DNA of 36,820 bases. Origin: a phage. Position 1 is the stretch's first letter; every line of letters starts with the position of its first letter. Positions 24,638 to 35,000 of this stretch are shown in pieces. A program made the position numbers and the translations under genes. Location of the stretch: the sequence record PZ239915.1. The stretch is one strand, 5' to 3'. The notes beneath the pieces are model-generated. The model had not been told where the DNA came from and searched no databases. It saw only the letters and a list, made by a program, of their open reading frames with translations.

Positions 24638-25294
24638 ATGGCTCATCTCAGCAATGGCACGCAGGTCTTCGTAGAAGGCTCTCGCGGTGACGCAATTGAC
24701 GTAACTGCAATTTCTAACGCAGTTACCCCTGTTTTAACTGTATCTGACGCATCTGGTTTGGTTGTTGGTGATTACCTGCTTTTCACCTCATCGGCCTCTA
24801 CACTTCTGGCCGACAAGCAAGTACGAATTACTGCAATTTCTGGCACTTCGGTAACAGTTGAAGGTATTGATACCTCCAGCACTACCAAGTTCCCAGCTGG
24901 TTTAACTGGTGAAGTTGTTAAGATCACTTCATGGTTCGAAGTTCCTTGTGTTCAGGATGTATCTACTGATGGTGGCGAACAGCAATTCGTTAACTTCCAG
25001 TGTCTTTCTGATGGCCGTGAACAGCAGATTCCTACTTATAAGTCTGCGGTAACGAACACCTTCACCTTCGCTCACGAGTACACCAACCCGGTCTATCCGG
25101 TTCTGCGTAACTATGATGAGTCAGGACAGGTTGTTGCGATTCGTCTGTTTGTTCCTCGCGCCAGTGAAATGCGCTTGCAGTCCGGCACTATCGCTTTCAA
25201 CGACACGCCAACTATCGGCGTAAACGAAATCGAAACGGTATCCATCGCTGTATCCATTCGTGGTCGGCTGTCCTCAGTGGCAGCGGAAGTTTAA
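24638..25294 (+). CDS. major tail (tube) protein
   Basis: 218-aa ORF followed by a strong terminator and directly upstream of the G/GT chaperone pair. Confidence 0.6.
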   Translation: MAHLSNGTQVFVEGSRGDAIDVTAISNAVTPVLTVSDASGLVVGDYLLFTSSASTLLADKQVRITAISGTSVTVEGIDTSSTTKFPAGLTGEVVKITSWFEVPCVQDVSTDGGEQQFVNFQCLSDGREQQIPTYKSAVTNTFTFAHEYTNPVYPVLRNYDESGQVVAIRLFVPRASEMRLQSGTIAFNDTPTIGVNEIETVSIAVSIRGRLSSVAAEV

Positions 25295-25300
25295 AACACA

Positions 25301-25323
25301 AACCCTCTTCGGAGGGTTTTTTA
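25301..25323 (+). terminator. rho-independent terminator
   Basis: CCCTC/GAGGG stem, TTCG loop, 6-T run after the major tail gene. Confidence 0.65.
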
Positions 25324-25376
25324 TTGCTACCAACCTGCTATAATGCAATCTCACAAACAATAAGAGGATTAAAAAA

Positions 25377-25691
25377 ATGGCAAAGTTCAAACTTTCACTG
25401 GCGGCACTTCCTGACTTTAAGTTGCCTGTAAAATTCAAGTTGGCTAATGACCAGGATGTAGAGGTTATCTTTACAGTCAAGCACAAGAAAACATCTGAGT
25501 TGCAGGAATTACTTAGCAAGGAAGATTTAAGCACCAAAGAACTTATTATGGCAATTGCCTCTGATTGGGATTTGGAAGAGGAATACAACGAAGATAACGT
25601 TAATGAGTTCGCCGACCTGTTCCCAGCCTCAACAGTTGCATTAACTACCGCTTATATGCAAGCACTTGCTGGTCAGCGAGTAAAAAACTAA
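25377..25691 (+). CDS. tail assembly chaperone (gpG-like)
   Basis: 104-aa acidic protein before the tape measure; ends at the slippery heptamer A_AAA_AAC followed by TAA. Confidence 0.7.
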   Translation: MAKFKLSLAALPDFKLPVKFKLANDQDVEVIFTVKHKKTSELQELLSKEDLSTKELIMAIASDWDLEEEYNEDNVNEFADLFPASTVALTTAYMQALAGQRVKN

Positions 25692-26011
25692 AACGAGCGG
25701 TGTATCTACAGTACCAGTCAGAGCCAACTGATGCAGAACTGGAAGCTATTGGGATGCGCCGCTCTGATTACGAAGATGAAGAGCCTGAGGCTTTGCACTT
25801 CGACGATAACATGATGAAGGCGTGGGACATTTACTGTTCAATGGCGACGCAGTGGAGAGTTGGAGCTAATGGGGCTACAGGACTTGATTACAACGTGCTA
25901 AATTTCCTCTTTAGAGTGTATAATGTCTCAGAAGAAGAATTGGTGCTCAGCGATTTACGCATCCTTGAAGCTAAGGCTCTAGAGATGATGGATAACCTGA
26001 GAAAAAAATAA
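25377..26011 (+). CDS. tail assembly chaperone fusion (gpGT-like) via programmed -1 frameshift
   Basis: Slippery site AAAAAAC at 25682-25688 in the zero frame of the G-like ORF; the -1 frame is open from there to the stop at 26009-26011 (track ORF 25700..26011). Confidence 0.55.
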
Positions 26012-26030
26012 CCCGCTTCGGCGGGTTTTC
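26011..26030 (+). terminator. rho-independent terminator
   Basis: CCCGC/GCGGG stem, TTCG loop, TTTT. Confidence 0.55.
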
Positions 26031-26046
26031 TATTATGGAGGCTTAG

Positions 26047-29025
26047 ATGGCAACAAATGAATTAGCCGGAATCACACTAGCCGTAGACGTATCGCAAGTA
26101 GACAGGGGAACGCAATCCCTGCAAAAGTTCAGACAGGCAAACCAGCAAGCCGCTTCCGGCATTAGTGAGTTCGTCAATGCAGAGCAGGTCGCAAAGACCC
26201 AGGCAAAAGACACGGCTCGCGCACTGGCTGAACAGCAAGCATCTTTAGCTAAATTGCAAACGGCCATTGACCCAACAGCGGCAAAGTTCCGTAAGCTGCA
26301 AGAGGCTGCTGTAGGTCTGGATAAGGCATTCGCGGCTGGCGTAGTTCCTGATGAGGAGTTTTTCCGCTTAGGTGAGGCCCTTGAAACGCAGAACGCAAAG
26401 CTCGCTCGTTCACGTGCGGCGCTAACTGAAGAAGGTAGAGCAGCTGCTCAGGCTGCAAAAGATAAAGCAAAGGCAAAGGCTGAAGCTGACAGGTTCATTG
26501 CTTCACTTGAGCGCCAGGCTCAAGCGGCAACATTGACGCGCGAGGAGTACTTAAAGTTACAGGCTGCTCAGCTTGGCGTAAGTTCCCAGGCAGCACCAAT
26601 CATTGACAGAATCGCCGACGCATCACAGAAGGCAAACACCCAATTAATTGCTCAGAGCAAGGCTTTTCAACGCTCTGGCTTAAGCGCAGGTCAATACAAG
26701 GCTGCAATCTCTCAATTGCCAGCGCAGATTACAGATATTGGAACATCACTTGCTGGCGGCATTCCGATTTGGCTTATTGCAATTCAGCAAGGTGGGCAGA
26801 TCAAGGATGCATTTGGCGGTATTGGCAACACCTTTAGATTCGCGCTTGCAGCCTTAAATCCATTCAATGTTGCTGTTGGGGTTTTGGGTGGCGCGCTTGT
26901 TGCTCTTGGTGTTGGTGCAGCTCAGGCTGAAAGTGAATTCAGAGCGCTAAACTCTGCTATCGCATTCTCCAACAACTCAACAATTACATCAATATCGCAA
27001 ATTAGAGAGTTGGTTAGTTCTGTATCTGATGCTACTGGAGCAACGAGAGGACTTGTAACTAGTATTGCAACAAGCCTTATTGAGCAAGGGAACCTTACGC
27101 TGACGCAGATTGACAAGATTACCAAATCAACCGCCAGATGGGCGCAGCTTACCGGAAAAGATGCAAAGGAAATTACTGGTTACTACAACCAGATTGCAAG
27201 CGACCCAATACAGGGATTGGTTGATTTGGATAAGCGCTTTAACTTCCTCACGCAGGGGCAGTTGACGACAATCGAAAACCTGAGAAAGACGAAGGGAGAG
27301 GTCGAGGCCGTTACCGCCGCAATTGACATTTTCAGCAAGTCTCAGGAAGCCAACCTTAACGACATAGCAGAGCAGTTAACTCCACTTGAGTTAGCCTGGA
27401 ATGATTTTAGAAAGTACATCTCTGATATCTGGGATGCAATTAGTCGTAGAACGGTCGGGGCGCTGAACCTATTTGTTGACGTAATCGCCGGAACGATTGA
27501 ACAGATCAGGGTATTAATTAACCAGGGTGATGTTCTGATTGGTGAATTCGTAATTAGCGCAACTCAGGCATTGCAGAACATTCCTGGTCTTGATGGCGTT
27601 GGTGATGATGTTATCAAGGGGCAGCAGAAGATTATCGATGCCGCCAAGAAGCAAAACCTTGAGCTAGAGAAGTCTATCAAGGAGCGCGATGCCAGAATCA
27701 GAGAGGGAGAGCTTGGTTACGTTACTCGCAGAGAAAATCAGAATACCAATGAGCAGTCAGGTACTGATGAGGAATTTGCAAAAAGGAAGAAGGCGCTTCA
27801 GGATGAGCTTGATGCGATCAAGAAGAACAGGAAAGAAGAAAATAGTAGGGTTAAGGAGCAAAGAGATTTAACAATTGGTTATGAATCTGGCGTTCTGGCG
27901 CTTCAGGCTCAACTCAAGGTGCTTCAGGAAAACAGGGATATTGGCGCAGTAATAAGCAATGAGCGCAAGCAGTATCTTCAGGAGGAGGCCAAATTCAGGA
28001 TTCTTGAGCAGAGACAACTTGATGGCTCAATTACCAAAGAGCAAGCAAGACTTCTCATTGAAAAGGATAAAGTTCTTGAGTTAGCCAGACAGAAGGCTGA
28101 GCTAGGTGATCAGATTGTTTTGCAGGAGCGAGCTAATAAGTTAGCTGAAGATAACCGCAAGAAGATTCTTCAGATTAACAATGAGGCAAGTAACATTGAT
28201 TTGGGTGCTGGTTTATCATCTCGCGAGCAGCAGAGAGCCAAAGAGATTCAGGCTCTTCAATCCAATCAGGTTAATGCTGGTGGTTCTGTTGATGATGTTG
28301 ATTTTCAGCAATTACTGGAAGCAAGAAAGGAATACTACAAGCAGGAGGATAATCTTAGGTCAGACTGGCAATCCGGTGTAACATCCACTCTCGCCGACTT
28401 GACAGAGAAGTACACTGACTACAACCAGATTGCTAAGGACTTAACTGTTGCGGCATTCGACGGGATCACAGATCAAATCACTAACCTTGTAACCACTGGT
28501 GAGACCAATTTTAGGGAGTTCACATCAAACATCCTCAAAATGATTGCGAAGATTGCAACTCAGTTACTTTTGGTTAAGGCTATTGAATCTACAATCAAGA
28601 GCTTTGGTGGTGGGGGAGGTGATGCGTTTGGCTCTTTTGCGTCTGCTATAGGTTTCGCTGGTGGCGGATACACTGGTGACGGCGGGAAGTATCAGCCAGC
28701 AGGAACGGTACACCGCGGTGAGTTTGTATTCACAAAAGAAGCAACAAGCCGAATTGGTGTTAAGAACCTATACGCACTAATGAAGGGTTACGCAAACGGC
28801 GGCGCTGTAGGCGGTCCATCTGGTTATGCTAATGGCGGATTGGTTTCTGGTGGAACTGATGTTAATGTTAGCGGCATCACTGTTAACGTGAACTCTGGTG
28901 TTGGAAGTGATCCAGAACAAGCTAAGGCACTGCAAAATGGAGTTAAGGCAATCGTAGCTGAAGAGATTGCTCAGTCCTTCCAGCAGGGTGGCAGGGCGTA
29001 TGCTTACCTTCGCGGATTCAACTAA
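26047..29025 (+). CDS. tail tape measure protein
   Basis: 992 aa, long predicted coiled-coil regions, Gly-rich C-terminal segment; located between the chaperone and minor tail genes. Confidence 0.85.
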   Translation: MATNELAGITLAVDVSQVDRGTQSLQKFRQANQQAASGISEFVNAEQVAKTQAKDTARALAEQQASLAKLQTAIDPTAAKFRKLQEAAVGLDKAFAAGVVPDEEFFRLGEALETQNAKLARSRAALTEEGRAAAQAAKDKAKAKAEADRFIASLERQAQAATLTREEYLKLQAAQLGVSSQAAPIIDRIADASQKANTQLIAQSKAFQRSGLSAGQYKAAISQLPAQITDIGTSLAGGIPIWLIAIQQGGQIKDAFGGIGNTFRFALAALNPFNVAVGVLGGALVALGVGAAQAESEFRALNSAIAFSNNSTITSISQIRELVSSVSDATGATRGLVTSIATSLIEQGNLTLTQIDKITKSTARWAQLTGKDAKEITGYYNQIASDPIQGLVDLDKRFNFLTQGQLTTIENLRKTKGEVEAVTAAIDIFSKSQEANLNDIAEQLTPLELAWNDFRKYISDIWDAISRRTVGALNLFVDVIAGTIEQIRVLINQGDVLIGEFVISATQALQNIPGLDGVGDDVIKGQQKIIDAAKKQNLELEKSIKERDARIREGELGYVTRRENQNTNEQSGTDEEFAKRKKALQDELDAIKKNRKEENSRVKEQRDLTIGYESGVLALQAQLKVLQENRDIGAVISNERKQYLQEEAKFRILEQRQLDGSITKEQARLLIEKDKVLELARQKAELGDQIVLQERANKLAEDNRKKILQINNEASNIDLGAGLSSREQQRAKEIQALQSNQVNAGGSVDDVDFQQLLEARKEYYKQEDNLRSDWQSGVTSTLADLTEKYTDYNQIAKDLTVAAFDGITDQITNLVTTGETNFREFTSNILKMIAKIATQLLLVKAIESTIKSFGGGGGDAFGSFASAIGFAGGGYTGDGGKYQPAGTVHRGEFVFTKEATSRIGVKNLYALMKGYANGGAVGGPSGYANGGLVSGGTDVNVSGITVNVNSGVGSDPEQAKALQNGVKAIVAEEIAQSFQQGGRAYAYLRGFN

Positions 29026-29055
29026 TTAACGGGGCTTAGGCCCCTAAGGATTTTT

Positions 29056-29406
29056 ATGGCTATTGATACATTTAATTACTGCACTCAAGTCCAAAATGGA
29101 GGCGGCTCATTCTCTAACACAAACAATGTGAGAATTGTTAGTTTTGGCAATGGTTACGAGCAGCGCGGTACGGGTGGCTATCGCAGCAACAAACGCAGTT
29201 ACCATATGACCTACACCAATAAGGACTGGCGTGAGGTGATGGATTTTTGCTTCAACCACATCATCACTCCATTCTTCTGGACAACTCCACAGGGTGATAC
29301 ATCAATGTTTGTTATCCAGCAGGACAGCATTAGTGTCACACCACTCAGTAAGGAAGTTCAGACTGTAAACATGCAATTCGTAGAAGTATTTAGCTCAATG
29401 AGTTAA
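29056..29406 (+). CDS. minor tail protein (lambda gpM-like)
   Basis: 116 aa, first gene after the tape measure, as in lambda M-L-K-I-J order; followed by a terminator. Confidence 0.6.
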   Translation: MAIDTFNYCTQVQNGGGSFSNTNNVRIVSFGNGYEQRGTGGYRSNKRSYHMTYTNKDWREVMDFCFNHIITPFFWTTPQGDTSMFVIQQDSISVTPLSKEVQTVNMQFVEVFSSMS

Positions 29407-29408
29407 AC

Positions 29409-29433
29409 TAAGCCCCATTAGGGGCTTTTTTTA
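29409..29433 (+). terminator. rho-independent terminator
   Basis: AGCCCC/GGGGCT stem, ATTA loop, 7-T run. Confidence 0.65.
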
Positions 29434-29445
29434 CTGGAGAAAATC

Positions 29446-30201
29446 ATGTTAAGTCCAAAGTTTGAAAATCAGTTGCAAAGCCTTTTCCCCGGAGAGATTG
29501 TTACTCTAATCCAGGTTGATGGAACCTCCTTTGGAAGTCTCGTTTACAACTTCCACAATGAGAACATTTCATACACGCCAGAAGAAATCATGCTAGCCCA
29601 AATGAATGGCGAGCCACTACCTGAGAAGACGATTACATTTCGCGGTGAAGAGTACGGGCCTCGACCATTTGGTATCTCGGGTATCAACATGACGTCTGAC
29701 GGCAAGGCCAACAAAGTTACGCTAACAGTATCAAACGTAGACCAGCGCATTAGCGCATTGATCCGTACCTATAATGGATTGGTTAAGGCAAAGGTCACCA
29801 TCTGGATTACTACGCGAGATAACATCAATGAAGACGGAAGCATTGCTGACGGGGACTATCGCAGATTCGTTTACTTCATTGAGCGACCAAAGCAGGTTGA
29901 CTACAAAACGGCATCATTTGAGCTAAGCAGCCCTATGGATATGGATGGCATTTACATTCCAGCGAGACTTGTTCAGTCTGTTTGCTATTGGGCTTCCAGG
30001 GGGTGGTATCGTAGCGGGAATGGTTGCGACTATGCTGGCAATCGTTATTTTAACAAGGATGACAATCCAGTTGATGACCCCTCTTTAGACTTCTGCGCTG
30101 GAACAGTAAACAGCTGTAAGATTAGGTTTGGTGAGAATAATCAGCTTTCATTTGGCGGATGCGCGGCAGCAAGCCTTCAGGCCAAAGCGAATCAGAGCTA
30201 A
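29446..30201 (+). CDS. minor tail protein (lambda gpL-like)
   Basis: 251 aa with a C-terminal Cys cluster (C-x...C-x...C-x4-C), consistent with the metal-binding C-terminus of L-type proteins. Confidence 0.65.
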   Translation: MLSPKFENQLQSLFPGEIVTLIQVDGTSFGSLVYNFHNENISYTPEEIMLAQMNGEPLPEKTITFRGEEYGPRPFGISGINMTSDGKANKVTLTVSNVDQRISALIRTYNGLVKAKVTIWITTRDNINEDGSIADGDYRRFVYFIERPKQVDYKTASFELSSPMDMDGIYIPARLVQSVCYWASRGWYRSGNGCDYAGNRYFNKDDNPVDDPSLDFCAGTVNSCKIRFGENNQLSFGGCAAASLQAKANQS

Positions 30202-30245
30202 ACAGCACGAATTGCTAAAGGAGATTTAAAAAGATGGGGTATAGT
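30201..30245 (+). promoter_or_regulatory. conserved palindromic box + -10-like hexamer
   Basis: AACAGCACGAATTGCTAAAG, 22 bp, TATAGT. Confidence 0.5.
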
Positions 30246-30273
30246 TACTTCACACAAACGAGAGGAGGTAAAA

Positions 30274-30627
30274 ATGTTCTACATTAAATTCAAAGGATAC
30301 AAAAAAGAAAAAGAAAAGTGCACTGGTTTGTTTTTTGTTGGCCGCATTTACACCTGCGGTGTTGTTGACTCAAACATGTACTATCAGACGCAGGATGAGA
30401 ATGGCAATATTGTAAAGTTTCAAAGTATTTTTCATGATGATTGTTACGACTTTTCAAGAATTGATACTCAGAGCAAGGTATTAGATGAGCATGATAACAA
30501 GATGAAATATCGAATGAATGGTGTTGATGTCACTAAGTCATTCTTTGATGATAAGCTACTGGAAGTTGAGCTGCTTAAATCAAGAGGTGTTTCAGTATTT
30601 ATAGATTTTGAGGTTTATTTTGAATAA
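30274..30627 (+). CDS. hypothetical moron protein (117 aa), paralogue of 18277..18609
   Basis: Inserted between L-like and K-like genes with its own promoter box upstream and terminator downstream. Confidence 0.55.
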   Translation: MFYIKFKGYKKEKEKCTGLFFVGRIYTCGVVDSNMYYQTQDENGNIVKFQSIFHDDCYDFSRIDTQSKVLDEHDNKMKYRMNGVDVTKSFFDDKLLEVELLKSRGVSVFIDFEVYFE

Positions 30628-30647
30628 ACAAAATTAGTGTTAAACTA

Positions 30648-30673
30648 GGTCAATCGAAAGATTGGCCTTTTTT
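30648..30673 (+). terminator. rho-independent terminator
   Basis: GGTCAAT/ATTGGCC stem followed by TTTTTT after the second moron gene. Confidence 0.5.
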
Positions 30674-30685
30674 ATTGGAGATAAA

Positions 30686-31444
30686 ATGTTAACACCAAAA
30701 GTTAAACTGGAAATCTTCCAGCACGCAAAGGAAGTTTATCCTCACGAATGCTGCGGAGTTGTTACGCAGAAGGGCAGGTCGCAGAAGTATCACAGAATCA
30801 CAAACGCAAGCAAAGACCCTGAAAATGAATTTATTCTTGATTCAAATGAGTATGCAGATGTTCTCTTTGAGTTGGCTCACAATGAATCTATTGTTTACGT
30901 TGTTCACTCTCATACTGGCGACGGTGCAACAACAAGACCAAGTCCTGCGGATATTTGTAGCTGCAATGAGTGCGAGATTCCTTATGTTATTGTAAGCATC
31001 CCAGAGGGAGACATGCGGATTCTTGAGCCATCAAATATGCCACTGATTGGTCGACCGTGGGGTCTTGGTAGCTTCGATTGTTGGGAGTTGGTTATGGCAT
31101 TTCACAAGAAATACGGCGTAAAGCTGAACGACTATCGCGTTAATTACCCATGGTGGGAGAAGAAGTACAGCGAAAATATCTATGACGACAATTGGGCTAA
31201 AGAAGGTTTTGAGCTAGTAAAAAACTCAGATATTCCCATTGGATCAATGATTATGATGCAGGTGCAAAGTGAGGTGACAAACCACGCCGGAATCTATATT
31301 GGCAACAACAGATTCATCCACCATCTCTATGGTAAAATGAGTTCTGTAGATATCTACTCCGATTACTGGCGCGAGCGCACGGTGCGAATCGTTCGCCATA
31401 AGGATTTACCAGAGGATGTAATTTATGACCCAGAAACTGATTGA
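30686..31444 (+). CDS. tail assembly protein (lambda gpK-like; JAB/MPN plus NlpC/P60 domains)
   Basis: Track TTG start 30662 replaced by the ATG at 30686 after GGAGA. JAMM-type motif HSHTGDGATTRPSPAD; C-terminal Cys...His pattern (SFDCWELV, HAGIYIG). Confidence 0.75.
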   Translation: MLTPKVKLEIFQHAKEVYPHECCGVVTQKGRSQKYHRITNASKDPENEFILDSNEYADVLFELAHNESIVYVVHSHTGDGATTRPSPADICSCNECEIPYVIVSIPEGDMRILEPSNMPLIGRPWGLGSFDCWELVMAFHKKYGVKLNDYRVNYPWWEKKYSENIYDDNWAKEGFELVKNSDIPIGSMIMMQVQSEVTNHAGIYIGNNRFIHHLYGKMSSVDIYSDYWRERTVRIVRHKDLPEDVIYDPETD

Positions 31445-31997
31445 TATTAAGTTAGGCCTGTCGCTAGGCCGTAAGTTTGGCAAGATTCACCAAATGGCAG
31501 TGAGTAGCGTTCCCGAGGCAATGCGAGCGCTTTGCTCTCAGATTCCCGCCCTCAAGGAGTTCATGAACAGTCATGTTGGTCAAAACACAAGGTACGCCGT
31601 GTTCGTTGATGGCAAAAATGTGAACGAGCATCGAATCTCTGATTTTAGCGCCGTTCAGGAGATACGCATCTTACCAATCCCTCAAGGCCGCAAGTCAGGT
31701 GGGTTATTTCAGACAATCCTAGGTGCCGCGCTTATCACGGTTGGTATCTTTACTGGTCAGATTTATATTGTTGGTGCTGGTGTGTCTTTGGCGGCGGGTG
31801 GTATTGCTCAGCTACTTTCACCACAAGCAACTGGATTAAAGACCCAGAACAACCAAACGAGCAACCGTGCATCATATGCATTTGGCTCAGCAGTAAACAC
31901 GGTAGCAGCTGGTTATCCGGTTTGTCTTCCATATGGCTACAGAACGGTTGGCGGCTCGGTATTTAGTGCCGGCAGCTACGCCGAAGACAATGCTTAA
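31425..31997 (+). CDS. tail assembly protein (lambda gpI-like)
   Basis: 190 aa overlapping the K-like gene 3' end; hydrophobic Gly-rich C-terminal half; GAGGATG RBS. Confidence 0.65.
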   Translation: MTQKLIDIKLGLSLGRKFGKIHQMAVSSVPEAMRALCSQIPALKEFMNSHVGQNTRYAVFVDGKNVNEHRISDFSAVQEIRILPIPQGRKSGGLFQTILGAALITVGIFTGQIYIVGAGVSLAAGGIAQLLSPQATGLKTQNNQTSNRASYAFGSAVNTVAAGYPVCLPYGYRTVGGSVFSAGSYAEDNA

Positions 31998-32004
31998 ATA
32001 TCAT

Positions 32005-32027
32005 ACCCGCCTAGTGCGGGTTTTTTA
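32005..32027 (+). terminator. rho-independent terminator
   Basis: CCCGC/GCGGG stem, CTAGT loop, 6-T run before the J-like gene. Confidence 0.6.
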
Positions 32028-32038
32028 TTTAGTGTAGA

Positions 32039-35000
32039 ATGGCACAAATGATCAAAACAAACATGAGGCTTTGTGATATGGCTGAAGAGATTAAGATTTA
32101 TGGTGCTAAGGGTGGTAGCCAGAAGCAGCACCAACCAGTGGAACAAGAAGACAACCTGATTTCATTAAACAAGGTTAAGGTATTACTTGCGGTTGCTGAC
32201 GGCGAGGTGGATCCAAACTTCTCAATGAAGGATTTATACCTTGCTGACGTTCCGGTACAAAACCAGGACGGCAGCTACAACTACGATGGTGTTCGAGCTG
32301 AGTTTCGCGCTGGCACGCAGTATCAGGACTATATCGCTGGCCTTGATGGTGCAAACTCAGAGATTCAGGCCTCCAGAGAAATCACAAACGACACCCCGTA
32401 CATCATTGCGGTTAACAATACTCAGCTATCAGCAATTAGAGTTAAGCTGTTTTGGCCTAGACTGGTTAAGCAAGAGAGTAATGGCGACCTGAACGGAACT
32501 ACATGCGAGTATGCAATTGATCTTTCTGTTAATGGTGGCGCTTATCAGGAATATACTCGCGGAGTTGCTAACGGCAAGACCACTACAGGTTACGACCGCA
32601 GCATTCGCGTGAACCTTCCGGCAGAGTTCGATAGCGCCCTGGTTCGAATTCGTAAAATTACGCCAGATTCGACAAGTAGCACGCTGGTGAATGGTATGCA
32701 GATTACCACCTATCAGGAAGTAATCGATGCTAAGTTCCGCTATCCGCTTACAGCACTTGTTTACGTTGAGTTTAGCTCTGACTTGTTCCCTAACGGAATC
32801 CCGACAATCTCAATCAAGAAGCGATGGAAATTGATTCAGGTTCCTACAAACTACGACCCGGAGACAAGAACTTACAGTGGGACATGGAATGGCCTTTTCA
32901 AAATGGCGTGGTCAAATAACCCGGCATGGGTTTTATATGACTTAGTAACAAACCGACGTTACGGACTTGACCAAAGAGAATTGGGTGTAGAGATTGATAA
33001 GTGGGGTCTTTACGAAGCTGCGCAATTTTGTGACCAGATGGTGCCGGATGGTAAGGGGGGCTTAGAGCCTCGTTATCTTTGCGATATGGTTGTGCAGAAC
33101 AAGGTTGAGGCATACACGCTAATTCGTGATATCTGTTCAATCTTTCGTGGCCTGACTTTCTATGACGGCGAAAAGATTGGCATCGTGGTTGATAAGCCTC
33201 GTAACCCATCTTACATCTTCACCAATGATAACGTTGTAAACGGATTGTTCAGTCGCACCTTTGCCAGTGATAAAAGCCTTTACACCACGGCAAACGTTCA
33301 GTTTGATGATGTAGAGAACAACTATCAGCAGGATGTTGAGCCTGTTTTTGAGTTGGAGGCTACTCGCAGATTCGGGTTTAATCCAGTCGACATTACGGCA
33401 ATTGGATGCACGCGGAGAAGTGAAGCAAACAGACGTGGCAGATGGCTCCTGAAAACCAACCTGAGAAGCGAAACCATTAGCTTTACTACCGGGCTGGAAG
33501 GCATGATTCCGATGATTGGCGAGGTGATTGCGGTTAATGACGCGGCATGGTCTAGCAACTATCAGTTAAACCTTTCCGGCCGTATTGAATCAGCTCAGGG
33601 GTTGCAGGTTTTCACCCCGTTTAAAGTTGACGCAGCGCCTGGTGACAGAATTCTTCTGAACAAGCCTGACGGAAGCCCAGAGGCAAGAACTATTGCCAGC
33701 GTTTCGGAAGATGGTAGAACAATCAACCTTAATACTGCCTTTAGTTTTGTAGCTCAGACAGACACGGTATTTGCAATCGACAAGGATAATCTTGCTCTTC
33801 AGCAATACGTTGTGACCGGGATTCAAAAAGCAGATTCTGACGGTTCGGATTCATTCCAGTACACAATTACTGCTGTAGAGTATGACCCGAACAAGTATGA
33901 CGAGATTGACTACGGCGTAAACATTGTTGACCGTCCAACTTCAATTGTTGAGCCTGACAGATTGTCGCCGCCTGAGAACTTAACAGTGTCAAGCTACAGT
34001 AAGGTTGTTCAGGGATTGTCAGTTGAGACAATGGTTATCGGATGGGATAAAGCGCCATACGCCAAAACCTACAATGTTCAGTGGAGGAAAGAAAATGGTA
34101 ACTGGATTAACGTACCCAGAACAGCTAGCACAGAGGTTGATATCGAAGGTATTTACGCAGGAATCTATGACGTTAGGGTTCGTAGCGTATCAGATACTGA
34201 AAACGTGTCTGCCTGGTCTGACATTGTAACGGTATCGCTAACTGGCAAGATTGGTAGGCCATCTGCACCTACGGTTGTCACGGCTTCAACTGATGAGGTA
34301 TTTGGCATCCGTGTTAAGTGGGGTTTCCCTGATGGATCCGGTGACACTGCTTACACTGAACTTCAGCAGGTTCCTGATAATGGTGACGGTACTTACAATC
34401 CTGATAACGCAAGTCTGTTGACCTTACTTCCGTACCCAGCTTATGAATACTGGCACACGCCGATTCAGCCAGGCAAGGTTATCTGGTATCGCGCAAGATT
34501 GATTGACAGAATCGGCAACACTTCTGACTGGTCTGATTTTGCTAGAGGCATGAGTACTGACGATGCCAATATTATCAACGAATACATCAAGGTTGATATT
34601 GAGGGTTCGGAAGGATTTAAATACCTTGAGCAGAATGCGATTCAAAAGAATCAGGACATTCAGAATCAGGCAGAGTCAATTCTTGAGAACGCACTGGCGA
34701 ATGACACTGATGTTCGTCGCATGACCAAGGAGAACGGTAAGCGTAAGGCTGAATATGTTCAGGCTGTTAATCTCATAGCTGATGAAACTCAGGCGCGTGT
34801 AGAGGCTCTTACGCAGCTTAAAGCGCAGATTGATGATGAGGTTGTGTCATCGATTACAGAAGTTCAGACTGCATTAGCAACAGAGACAGAAGCAAGAACT
34901 ACTGCCGACACTCAGCTATCAGCAAGACTTGGTGAAAACGAGGCTGCACTAAACCAGAAGCTGGACGCTTTTTCTAACGCCACATCGACTGGTGTACAGT

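Noticed and set aside
26043-28381. Small ORFs inside or antisense to the tape measure gene (26043..26267, 26249..26476, 26922..27125, 27689..27871, 28181..28381)
   Set aside because: Embedded in a 992-aa gene with clear context; no independent signals.
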